64,000 bases of DNA, taken from Acidobacteriota bacterium. GTDB lineage: Bacteria; Acidobacteriota; UBA890; WLXD01. The position numbers and the translations under genes were made by a program. The DNA lies in NCBI GenBank assembly GCA_963666055.2, contig CAXWPH010000007.1:293921-357920 (forward strand). Direction: 5' to 3'. The notes below the pieces were generated by a model, which ran no database searches, was not told the origin of the DNA, and saw nothing but the letters and a program-made list of their open reading frames with translations. Below, in pieces: positions 9,885-18,462 of the stretch. Positions within the stretch are counted from its first letter, which is position 1. The number at the start of each line of letters is the position of its first letter.

Positions 9885-11219
9885 ATGAGCGGTCTGAAGG
9901 CCGCGGCGCTGGCGCTTCTTACCGTCGGCGTCGCGGCCATGCTCTTCAGCGCCCGGCCGGCGCTGCGCACGGCTCCGACCGACGCCACTACCTGGAACGT
10001 AGAGCTTGTCGACGCCACGGCGGTGGAGGCTTTGCCGCCGACTGATGCCGGCATCGCGGCGTTTAGAGCGCGCGTCGAGGAGCATCCCGGTTCTGCCCCC
10101 GATCACGTCACGCTGGGGCGGCTCTACCTGCGGCGCGCCGCCGAATCGGGCGACGACGCGCTCTATGCAGAGGCGGAGCGGACCTACCGGCGAGCATTCA
10201 CGCTGGTACCGGACAACCCATCCGCTCGACTGGGTCTCGCGTCGGCGCTCGCGGCGCAACACCAGTTCTCCCTCGGGCTGGAGCTGATCGAACCGATCCT
10301 CGAACAGGATCCCGAAAATCGCCAGGCCCTGATGGCGGCCGGTGACGCCTACGTGGCGCTCGGGCGCTACGCAGAGGCGGCGACAGCGCACGAGGCATCC
10401 GCTGACCTGCAGTCCGGCCCCCCAGCTACAGCGCGGCTCGCGCAGCTGGAAGAATTGCACGGCAATGTCGATGAAGCGTTGGCGCTGTTCGAATTCGCCG
10501 CCCTCGAAGCCCTCCAGCTCGACGCTCTGGCCGACGATCTGGCCTGGTACCTGACGCGCCTGGCCGACAGCTACTTCCATGTGGGCAACTACGATGCCTC
10601 CGCCCGCCATGCCGAAGTAGCCTACGCGGTGTCGCAACGCCAGCATCCCGCGCTCGCCCTGCTGGCCCGCGCCCGCGCTGCGCAAGGACGCTACGACGAG
10701 GCGATCGAGGCCGGCGAGCGGCTGGTCGCAGCAATGCCGCACCCCGAGCTCATCGGCCAGCTCGGCGACCTCTATGCAGCTACCGGCCGTATCGCCGAAG
10801 CGGAGCAACAGTACCAACGCGTCATCGCTCTCAGCATCACCGCTGGCCCGGTGGAGGATCGCCCGCTGGCGAGGTTCCTCGCCGACCACGACCTCCAGCC
10901 CGAACAGGCGCTGCTGCGGGCTGAGCGCGACGTCGAGCTGCGCCCGAACATCGAGGCACACGATCTGCACGCCTGGGCGCTGTATCGTAACGGCCGTTTC
11001 GAAGCCGCCGCCGAGGCCATCGAGCGCGCCTTGCGCCTGGGCACTCGACGCGCCGACTTCTACTATCACGCAGGCATGATCTATGGAGCGCTGGGTGACG
11101 TTGACCGCTCGATCTCGTTCTTGCAGGAGGCGCTGGCGATCAATCCCGGATTCGATCCGCTGCAAGCACCGCTCGCCCGCGAGCACCTGGAGACACAGCG
11201 CGCTGCACACGCAAGCTAG
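9885..11219 (+). CDS. Tetratricopeptide repeat protein (usual DUF4331 partner)
   Basis: Signal anchor and multiple TPR-like helices; AWALYRNG...YHAGMI...ALAINPGF. Confidence 0.85.
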   Translation: MSGLKAAALALLTVGVAAMLFSARPALRTAPTDATTWNVELVDATAVEALPPTDAGIAAFRARVEEHPGSAPDHVTLGRLYLRRAAESGDDALYAEAERTYRRAFTLVPDNPSARLGLASALAAQHQFSLGLELIEPILEQDPENRQALMAAGDAYVALGRYAEAATAHEASADLQSGPPATARLAQLEELHGNVDEALALFEFAALEALQLDALADDLAWYLTRLADSYFHVGNYDASARHAEVAYAVSQRQHPALALLARARAAQGRYDEAIEAGERLVAAMPHPELIGQLGDLYAATGRIAEAEQQYQRVIALSITAGPVEDRPLARFLADHDLQPEQALLRAERDVELRPNIEAHDLHAWALYRNGRFEAAAEAIERALRLGTRRADFYYHAGMIYGALGDVDRSISFLQEALAINPGFDPLQAPLAREHLETQRAAHAS

Positions 11220-11262
11220 CCAAGCGATCGCAACGTCGTGGTTCAGGTTCACGACCCAGATC

Positions 11263-12030
11263 GTGCTGGCTCTCGGCGTCGCCGCGGTGATCGCCTGCAG
11301 TGGGGCCTCGTCAGATGCGAGCGGTGAAGTGCTGGTGTTTGCGGCGGCTAGCCTGCGCGACGTCCTCCAGGAGGTCGGAACGGCCTTCGAGGAAGAGGCT
11401 GGCATCAGCGTCGTATTCAACTTCGCTGGTTCCAACGTGCTGGCACGCCAGATCGAGGCGCGCCCGATCGCCGACGTATTCGTCTCCGCCGACGAGCGCT
11501 GGATGAACTACGTCGCGGATCTCGACATGGTGGCTCCCGGAACACGCACCACGCCGCTGGGCAACCGCCTCGTAGTGGTGGCAAACTCGGACAGCCAGCT
11601 GAGGCTCGGGGAAGTCGCCGAGCTCGCCGACGCCGACTTCAGCTTCCTGTCACTCGCCGATCCGGATGCCGTGCCGGCGGGCCGCTACGCCAAGGAAACG
11701 TTGCAGCGCGTACGAGTAGGGACCACCGATCTGTGGAGCCAGGTGCACCACCTGGTTGTGCCCGCACCCAACGTTCGGGCGGCGCTGGCACTGGTGGCGG
11801 CGCGACTCGATGTGGTCGGCATCGTCTACCGCACCGATGCGCTGACCTCGCCGCGGGTGAAGGTCGTGCTCGACATACCCGACTCCATGAGCCCACCCAT
11901 CCGCTACGCGGTTGCCGCCATCGGCACGCAACCGACCGCGGCCACCAGGCGCTGGCTGGAGTTTCTCCGCGCCGACGCCACCCGTGAGACCTTCGAGCGA
12001 CACGGGTTCCTGACCTTCGAAGGCAACTGA
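11263..12030 (+). CDS. modA: Molybdate ABC transporter substrate-binding lipoprotein (start uncertain)
   Basis: [40 protein letters not shown]; lipobox-like VIAC. Confidence 0.9.
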   Translation: MLALGVAAVIACSGASSDASGEVLVFAAASLRDVLQEVGTAFEEEAGISVVFNFAGSNVLARQIEARPIADVFVSADERWMNYVADLDMVAPGTRTTPLGNRLVVVANSDSQLRLGEVAELADADFSFLSLADPDAVPAGRYAKETLQRVRVGTTDLWSQVHHLVVPAPNVRAALALVAARLDVVGIVYRTDALTSPRVKVVLDIPDSMSPPIRYAVAAIGTQPTAATRRWLEFLRADATRETFERHGFLTFEGN

Positions 12031-12032
12031 CG

Positions 12033-12710
12033 GTGGACACTGTCACACTCACGGCCCTCGGCCTGACGCTCCAGGTTGCCGCCGCCGCCACCGCGCTCGT
12101 GCTCGTGCCCTGCACATTGATCGCCTACGCGTTGGCGCGCTACGAGTTCCGCGGCAAGGCCCTGCTGTCGAGCCTGTTCGGGTTGCCGCTGGTGCTGCCG
12201 CCGACCGCCGTCGGCTACCTGTTGCTCAAGACGTTGGGGAGCTCCGGACCGCTGGGACCTGCTGCCCTAGGCTTCGATCTCGGCATCCTTCTCACCTGGA
12301 AGGGAGCGGTCGTTGCCTCGAGCATCATGGCTTCGCCACTGGTCGTGCGCACCGCGCGAGTGACCTTCGAGGGCATCGATCCACGTCTCGAGATGATGGC
12401 TCGCACGCTCGGTCATAGCCGATCAAAAGTGTTCCTGCGCTACACGATTCCGCTGGCCTCGCGCGGCCTGCTGGCCGCCGCGATTCTCGGCTTCACCCGC
12501 GCAGTGGGCGAGTTCGGCGCCACGGTGATGCTGGCTGGCAACATCCCGGGGCGTACACAGACCTTGTCGCTAGCGATCTACTCCGCACAGCAGGCCGGCA
12601 ACGACACCGAGGCATACGTGCTTTTGGGCGTCGCCGTGGCCGTCGGCCTCATTGCCATCCTGGGCTCCGAGAAGCTCTCGCGGGCGCCATTGCGAACCGG
12701 CTCGGCCTGA
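12033..12710 (+). CDS. modB: Molybdate ABC transporter permease
   Basis: [15 protein letters not shown]; [24 protein letters not shown]. Confidence 0.95.
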   Translation: MDTVTLTALGLTLQVAAAATALVLVPCTLIAYALARYEFRGKALLSSLFGLPLVLPPTAVGYLLLKTLGSSGPLGPAALGFDLGILLTWKGAVVASSIMASPLVVRTARVTFEGIDPRLEMMARTLGHSRSKVFLRYTIPLASRGLLAAAILGFTRAVGEFGATVMLAGNIPGRTQTLSLAIYSAQQAGNDTEAYVLLGVAVAVGLIAILGSEKLSRAPLRTGSA

Positions 12711-13876
12711 TGAGCACCGCGGGAAGGGGCGCCACCAGTGGGTCTGCCGACACCGCCACGCCGCTGCTGCAGGTAAGCGTGCGCCTGCCGCTCGATCACT
12801 TCGATCTCGAGGTCGACTTCGCCACACGGGCCCGCGCCGTGGGCGTGTTCGGGCCATCGGGCGCCGGCAAGACCAGCGTGCTACGCGCCATCGCCGGGCT
12901 CGAGGACCGGGCGCGCGGGCGGATCAGTTTGGGCGACGAAGTGTGGCTCGATTCTGCCGCCGGCACTTGGGTGCCGCCGGAGCGACGTGCCATCGGCTAC
13001 CTGCCGCAAGACGGGCTGTTGTTTCCGAACCAGGACGTTCGCGGCAACCTGCTCGCCGGCGCTGCTCGCGCGCGCCGAGAGGGCCGCCACGTCGAGGAGC
13101 TGTTCGACACCACATGCCGGCTGCTGGAGCTCACAGCGCTGCTCGATCGCAACGTGGCAACCTTGTCGGGAGGCGAGCGACAGCGCGTCGCCCTAGGGCG
13201 CGCCATCTGCTCGGGCCCGCGCTTGCTACTGCTCGACGAGCCCCTGGCGTCGATCGACCAGCCGCTGCGCCGCCGGGTGCTGCCATTTTTGCGGCGAGTG
13301 CGGGAGCAACTGGAGATCCCGATGCTGTTGGTGTCGCATGATCCGGTCGAAGTGCAGGCGCTGTGCGACGATTTGGTCGCCATGCAGCGCGGCGTCGTGG
13401 TGGCCAACGGCGAGGTGCGCGACGTGCTCACCGATGCCGAAGTGCTGCCGTTCAGTGGCCACGAGGGCTTCGACAACGTGGTCCACTGCACGTTGCTCGA
13501 GCACGGTGCCGGCACCAGCACGGTGCAACTCGGCGAAACCGGCGCGGCGCGGTTAACGGTACCGAAAACAAGTGGCGCAGCAGGCGACTCGCGTCTGCTG
13601 CGCGTTCCGGCACGCGACATCATCGTTGCGATCAACCGCCCCGTGGGCCTGTCGGCGCGCAACGTCGTGCCGGCCACGATCGTGAGAATTCGCTCCGACG
13701 GTGACCTGCGCATGCTCGTCGCAGAGCTCGGCAACGGCTCCCCTGAGCTCGCTGCCGTGGTCACCAGCGAGGCGTGCAGCGCCCTAGGGCTGGAGGTTGG
13801 GCAGCACGTCTACATGATCATCAAGACAGCGTCCTGCGATCTGTATGACAGCCCACAAGAAAGTCAGTCCGAATGA
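12710..13876 (+). CDS. modC: Molybdate ABC transporter ATP-binding protein with TOBE domain
   Basis: Walker A GPSGAGKT, LSGGERQRVALGRA, LLLDEP, GLSARN. Confidence 0.95.
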   Translation: MSTAGRGATSGSADTATPLLQVSVRLPLDHFDLEVDFATRARAVGVFGPSGAGKTSVLRAIAGLEDRARGRISLGDEVWLDSAAGTWVPPERRAIGYLPQDGLLFPNQDVRGNLLAGAARARREGRHVEELFDTTCRLLELTALLDRNVATLSGGERQRVALGRAICSGPRLLLLDEPLASIDQPLRRRVLPFLRRVREQLEIPMLLVSHDPVEVQALCDDLVAMQRGVVVANGEVRDVLTDAEVLPFSGHEGFDNVVHCTLLEHGAGTSTVQLGETGAARLTVPKTSGAAGDSRLLRVPARDIIVAINRPVGLSARNVVPATIVRIRSDGDLRMLVAELGNGSPELAAVVTSEACSALGLEVGQHVYMIIKTASCDLYDSPQESQSE

Positions 13877-14394
13877 GCTCCTCCGGGGACAACGGCGCGC
13901 CATGCAGCACCAGCGCGGTCGAGACGAGCGCGAGCATCCGCATCTTCGTCGACGCCGACGCCTGCCCGGTCAAGAACGAGGTGTACCGAGTGGCGCGCCG
14001 TTATCAGCTCCAGGTTCGAGTGGTGACCAACTCCTGGATCCGCATACCGGACGACGAAGCGTTCGACCTCATCGTCGTGGAGGGGCAGTTCGACGCCGCG
14101 GATGACTGGATCGTCGACAACTGCGGCCCCGGCGACGTCGTCATCTGCGACGACATTCCGCTTGCGGCGCGAACGCTGCAGCGCGGCGCCCGCGCACTCA
14201 GCCCGCGCGGCCGTCCGTTCACCGAAGATTCCATCGGCGGCGCGTTGGCGACCCGGGAGCTCATGTCGCAGCTACGCGACATGGGAACGGTGACCGGCGG
14301 CCCGGCGCCGTTCGCAAAACGCCACCGATCGCGGTTCTTGCAGCAACTCGACCAGACCGTCCAGGACCTACGCAAGCGAGGATCTCGCCGATGA
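13873..14394 (+). CDS. YaiI/YqxD (DUF188) family protein
   Basis: IFVDADACPVK, DAADDWI, DIPLA, GGPAPF. Confidence 0.9.
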   Translation: MSSSGDNGAPCSTSAVETSASIRIFVDADACPVKNEVYRVARRYQLQVRVVTNSWIRIPDDEAFDLIVVEGQFDAADDWIVDNCGPGDVVICDDIPLAARTLQRGARALSPRGRPFTEDSIGGALATRELMSQLRDMGTVTGGPAPFAKRHRSRFLQQLDQTVQDLRKRGSRR

Positions 14395-14774
14395 ACCCCT
14401 TCAGTCATATCGACCTGCGCGTCGACAGCATGCCGAAATGCCTGCCGTTCTACGAGAGGCTGTTGTCGAGGTTTGGCTTCGGCAGCCCCACCAGCGATGG
14501 CGAATGGCAGATCTTCGTCGGCGGCGGCGAGTATCCCAGCGTTGCCTTCTTCTCGATCATCGAAGCGGCAACACACCAGCCAAACGGCAACCGCATCGCA
14601 TTTTGGGCCGCGTCGCGTGACGAGGTCGATGAAATCGGCGCGCTACTGCGCCAGATCGGAGCCAGCATCGAGAGCGGCCCGCGTCTGTGCAGCGAATACA
14701 ACGATGGTTACTACGCAGTTTTTTTCGAGGATCCGGCAGGGAACCTGCTCGAGGTCGTGCACCGAACGGAGTGA
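14391..14774 (+). CDS. VOC/glyoxalase family protein
   Basis: HIDLRV, IAFWA, YYAVFFEDPAGNLLEV. Confidence 0.9.
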   Translation: MNPFSHIDLRVDSMPKCLPFYERLLSRFGFGSPTSDGEWQIFVGGGEYPSVAFFSIIEAATHQPNGNRIAFWAASRDEVDEIGALLRQIGASIESGPRLCSEYNDGYYAVFFEDPAGNLLEVVHRTE

Positions 14775-14777
14775 AAC

Positions 14778-15515
14778 ATGCCCACTGACGCCTCAGCACG
14801 CTGCAGAAGCCAACAGCCGGTCTTCCCGCTCTCGCCACTCAGAGCCACGGTCGGTGCGTCGATCGCTGCCTTGTTCCTGCTCGCGACGCCGGCCGGCGCG
14901 CAAGATGTCGACCCGCGACTCGACGAGGCAATCCGCTGGTACACCGGCATGACCGGCACGGTCGATGACCACCGAGCTCGGGAGCTGCTGCTCGAAGCGC
15001 TCGAGGATCCCAATCCGATCAGCCGCATGTGGCTCGCCCGCTGCCACTCGCGCGGCCGCATGTTCTTCGAGCGCGACGAGACACGCGCCGATCAGATCGC
15101 CGCCGAGGTATTGGACGAGGTCGAGCGTCTGGCCCGCCGCGGCGTCGCCGAAGCGGCGTTCCTCATGGGCACGGCCAACGACGAAGGCCTCGCCATGGAG
15201 GTCGACCCCGCCATGGCCGCCGCCTGGTTTCACCGCGCCGCCGACCAGGCTCATGTGCTGGCACAGCACAATCTCGGCAACGCCTACTACGGCGGCCGCG
15301 GGCTGCCGCAGAGCGACACGATGGCCGTTTACTGGTGGCTTCAGGCAGCCGAGCAAGGCGACGCCATACCGCAGCGCGAGCTCGCCTCCATGTTCGAGCA
15401 GGGTCGGGGCGTCGAAAAGGACCTCGCCGAGGCGGAGCGTTGGTATCGGCAGAGCGCCGAGAGGGGGAACACCCAGGCACGAGAGGCCCTCGAGCGGCTG
15501 ACCAGTCAACGCTGA
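14778..15515 (+). CDS. Sel1-repeat secreted protein
   Basis: Repeats AQHNLGNAYYGGRG, YWWLQAAEQGD, WYRQSAERGN. Confidence 0.9.
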   Translation: MPTDASARCRSQQPVFPLSPLRATVGASIAALFLLATPAGAQDVDPRLDEAIRWYTGMTGTVDDHRARELLLEALEDPNPISRMWLARCHSRGRMFFERDETRADQIAAEVLDEVERLARRGVAEAAFLMGTANDEGLAMEVDPAMAAAWFHRAADQAHVLAQHNLGNAYYGGRGLPQSDTMAVYWWLQAAEQGDAIPQRELASMFEQGRGVEKDLAEAERWYRQSAERGNTQAREALERLTSQR

Positions 15516-15670
15516 GCGGCCTGCCTCGTAGCCTGGCCACCAGCCACCACCGCTCCGACCGGCGATCGACGATCGACGACCAGACCCGTCGGAGCGCGGT
15601 GGAGGACGCCACGGTACGATGGGCAAACATCCGCATCTCGCGCGAGCGCCTACGACATTGTCGTCCTGTC

Positions 15671-16522
15671 ATGGAGATCGTCCGACACCTCGACGCCACC
15701 GCGTTTCTCCATCGGGCCGAAGTATGGCTGCGACAGGCTGAGGCAGAAAACAACCTGGTGCTCGGCATCGCCCGGGCGCTGATCGGCGGCGACCACCCAT
15801 ACCGGGATCCCATCTACCTGGCGACGGTCGAGGACAACGGCAAGGTGTGCGGCTGCGCCTTTCGTACGCCGCCCTACAAGCTCGCGCTGACGCGCATGCC
15901 ACCGGCAGCGATCGACGCTCTGGTCGAGAGCATCGCCTCTCTGTATCCCTCGATACATGCGGTTGGCGGGCCGGAGTCCACCGCAAACCGGTTCGCTCGG
16001 GCCTGGACACTGCGCCAGGGGATCGAGAGCGAGGTGTCGATGCGCAACGGCATCTATGCTCTCGACAGTGTCGTCCGCCCGTCGTCACCACCCGCCGGCT
16101 CGATGCGCCAGGCGTCGGGTTCCGACCTGGCGCGCCTGAGTCAGTGGGCACACCTCTTCGTCGAGGAAACTGGTGTAGAGCACCCCGACCCGGCCGAGCT
16201 GGCGGCTCGGCTCCTCGAGCAGGGAGCGATGTACGTATGGGAGGACGACTCTGTCACCTCGATGGCGGCGGCGATGGACCCCACGCCCACCGGTATTCGC
16301 ATTGGCTATGTCTACACGCCGCCAGAAGCACGTGGCCTTGGCTATGCTTCGATCCTCGTCGCCAAACTCAGCCAGCTGCACCTCGATCGCGGCTGCAGCT
16401 CGTGCTTTCTGTACACCGACATGGCCAACCCCACATCGAACGCCATCTACCAGCGCATCGGCTATCGGCAGGTGTGCGAGGTCGTGGACATCGCCTTCCG
16501 TCAACGCGCCATCTCTCACTAG
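15671..16522 (+). CDS. GNAT family N-acetyltransferase
   Basis: EAENNLVLG; RIGYVYTPPEARGLGYAS; LYTDMANPTSNAIYQRIGY. Confidence 0.9.
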   Translation: MEIVRHLDATAFLHRAEVWLRQAEAENNLVLGIARALIGGDHPYRDPIYLATVEDNGKVCGCAFRTPPYKLALTRMPPAAIDALVESIASLYPSIHAVGGPESTANRFARAWTLRQGIESEVSMRNGIYALDSVVRPSSPPAGSMRQASGSDLARLSQWAHLFVEETGVEHPDPAELAARLLEQGAMYVWEDDSVTSMAAAMDPTPTGIRIGYVYTPPEARGLGYASILVAKLSQLHLDRGCSSCFLYTDMANPTSNAIYQRIGYRQVCEVVDIAFRQRAISH

Positions 16523-16587
16523 TGTGCTGTCTCCGATGAGGCTTCTCCTTGCCTCCACTTCGCAAGTCCCTGTCGCCAGACCCACCA

Positions 16588-16609
16588 CACTTTCACCACA
16601 GCCTGCTAG
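16588..16609 (-). repeat. CTAGCAGG-family repeat (CTAGCAGGCTGTGGTGAAAGTG on the minus strand)
   Basis: Overlaps the TAG stop of the anti-sigma gene; aligns with the copies at 22072 and 4793. Confidence 0.6.
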
Positions 16610-17919
16610 CGCAAGGTGGCAGCCAGTCGACGCAGGCTGGCCTCGTCGGTATCCGCGCGCAGCCACACCAGGTAGCCACGCCGATCCCGCCAGCGCAGCA
16701 TGTGGTCGCCGTTCGGGTGAACACTGAACACAGCAGTCTCCAGGCCAGACCTGGCGCGCCCTCCCTGGCGCCGCGGAGCCGCGAGCTGACGGAACTCCTC
16801 AGACGCATCCAAGACATCGAGATCTGCCGCCGCGTCCGCCATTGATCCCACGTACTGCTGCAACAGGGTGACCTGAGCGCCGCCTTCGAGCACATAGCGA
16901 TGCCGCAGCACCGGGCGACCGCGAGTCGCGTCGGGGAGCCCGCCCCCGGGACCCACTGACACCTCCACCGTGCCGGTGCCGACGAACTGCAAAGGTGGGG
17001 CCCCGAGCCAGTCCTCGGCGGCCAGCGCGTCGATCGCGGTCAGTGTGTCGCTCGCCGTCAGCTCGTCGCCCGCACGAAAGTCGCGAGACACGACGGCCGC
17101 TTCGGCCTCCAACCGGGACCGAGCGCTGCTCGCCGAGGCGGTCACTGGCGCGGGCGCTGGCAGGCGGCCCGCCGCGAGCCGATCTTCCTCGCGGTCGGCC
17201 AGCGCCAGCCTCCGTTTCTGGAGGTCCGCTAGCGCGGCGCCGCCACGCACCTCGCCAGAGACAATCTCGTCTGGGCGAGCGGCGGCGCGCAGACCTTCCC
17301 CGACGCCACCTGCGGATCGAGCCACTGGTGACAACGGCGCGGGCGCGGCGGCCCGCTCTGCACGTCGGGCTGGCTGAGCGGCGGCGATGTCGTCGGCCAC
17401 CTCGTCAACCATGGCGGCAAGCGACGGCGCGGGTTTAGTGGCCTGCGGCGATTGTTCGAGGCGGTTGTCGGGCACCAGCTCGACTGTGCTGGTGGGCGGC
17501 GCCAAGGTGCCTTCGGTGAGCTCCGCGGCCTGCTCCTGCGTCGGTTCGGCCAGGCGAATCTCCGCTGACCGATTCGACGCCCCGGGCGCAAACTCGCGGT
17601 TGGCCTGCCACCCGAGCCCGAAGGCCAACACCAGCGTCGCCGCCCAGGCGAGATCACGCCGCCAGGTGCGCGCTGATCGCGGTGCCGGTAGGACGCCCTG
17701 GCCGGCCCGATCGAGCATCTCACGCCACCCGGGTGCCTCCACCTCGGGCGCCAGCTCGCCCACCAGCTGCGCCGCTAGCGACCTGGTTGCGGCGGCGTCC
17801 TCAATCAGCAAACGACACGATTCGCACCCGTGCAGATGGCCTTCCAACGCGAGGCGCTCGGCCGCCGTGCACTCGCCGTCCAGGTAGGCATGCATCCCTC
17901 CCTCGTCAACGTGCGGCAT
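16606..17919 (-). CDS. Zinc-finger (zf-HC2) transmembrane anti-sigma factor
   Basis: HAYLDGE...HLHGCESC; one TM helix (LAWAATLVLAFGLGW); directly downstream of an ECF gene. Confidence 0.85.
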   Translation of the reverse strand: MPHVDEGGMHAYLDGECTAAERLALEGHLHGCESCRLLIEDAAATRSLAAQLVGELAPEVEAPGWREMLDRAGQGVLPAPRSARTWRRDLAWAATLVLAFGLGWQANREFAPGASNRSAEIRLAEPTQEQAAELTEGTLAPPTSTVELVPDNRLEQSPQATKPAPSLAAMVDEVADDIAAAQPARRAERAAAPAPLSPVARSAGGVGEGLRAAARPDEIVSGEVRGGAALADLQKRRLALADREEDRLAAGRLPAPAPVTASASSARSRLEAEAAVVSRDFRAGDELTASDTLTAIDALAAEDWLGAPPLQFVGTGTVEVSVGPGGGLPDATRGRPVLRHRYVLEGGAQVTLLQQYVGSMADAAADLDVLDASEEFRQLAAPRRQGGRARSGLETAVFSVHPNGDHMLRWRDRRGYLVWLRADTDEASLRRLAATLR

Positions 17920-18406
17920 CGCTCGCTCCTCGTTGTTGTTGCTGACGATCCCACGCCTCTACCAGTCGTTTGCGCGCCCGTGCGAGCGTCGTGCCCATCG
18001 ACCCTGCCGACAGACCAAGTTGCTCCGCAATCTCGTCGTACGAGAAGCCCTGCTCCTTGAGCATCAGTGCCTGCCGATGGCGCTCAGGAAGCTCGGCAAG
18101 CGCTGCTTGAATCCGTTCCTGTCGTTGTCGCCGCACCAATTCCTCATCGGCGGCCACCTCGTCGGTCACCGATGTCGCCACCAGGCGCAGGTGGTGTCGC
18201 CGCACCGCGATGCGACGCCCCTCGTCGCGCACCAGGTTGGCGGCCACGGTGTAGAGCCAACTCCGCGGGTTGCTGGGACGATTGCGGATGGCGCGCACAA
18301 AGGCCTCCTGAGCCAGTTCCTCGGAACGAGCAAGGTCTCCCAGCCTGCGGTTGATGAACCCGACCAGGGGACCGTACTGCTCCTTGTAGACCTGTTCCAG
18401 ATCCAC
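17906..18406 (-). CDS. ECF RNA polymerase sigma factor
   Basis: EELAQEAFVR, SWLYTVAANL, GFSYDEIAEQLGLS...TTLARAR. Confidence 0.92.
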   Translation of the reverse strand: MDLEQVYKEQYGPLVGFINRRLGDLARSEELAQEAFVRAIRNRPSNPRSWLYTVAANLVRDEGRRIAVRRHHLRLVATSVTDEVAADEELVRRQRQERIQAALAELPERHRQALMLKEQGFSYDEIAEQLGLSAGSMGTTLARARKRLVEAWDRQQQQRGASDAAR

Positions 18407-18462
18407 GCGTTACTCCTGGGTGCCAGGGGCCCGACTGGCGGGCTCCCGGCTCCCAACTCCGG

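Noticed and set aside
16717-16729. GTGAACACTGAAC match to the repeat motif
   Set aside because: Single copy inside the anti-sigma CDS; may be chance.
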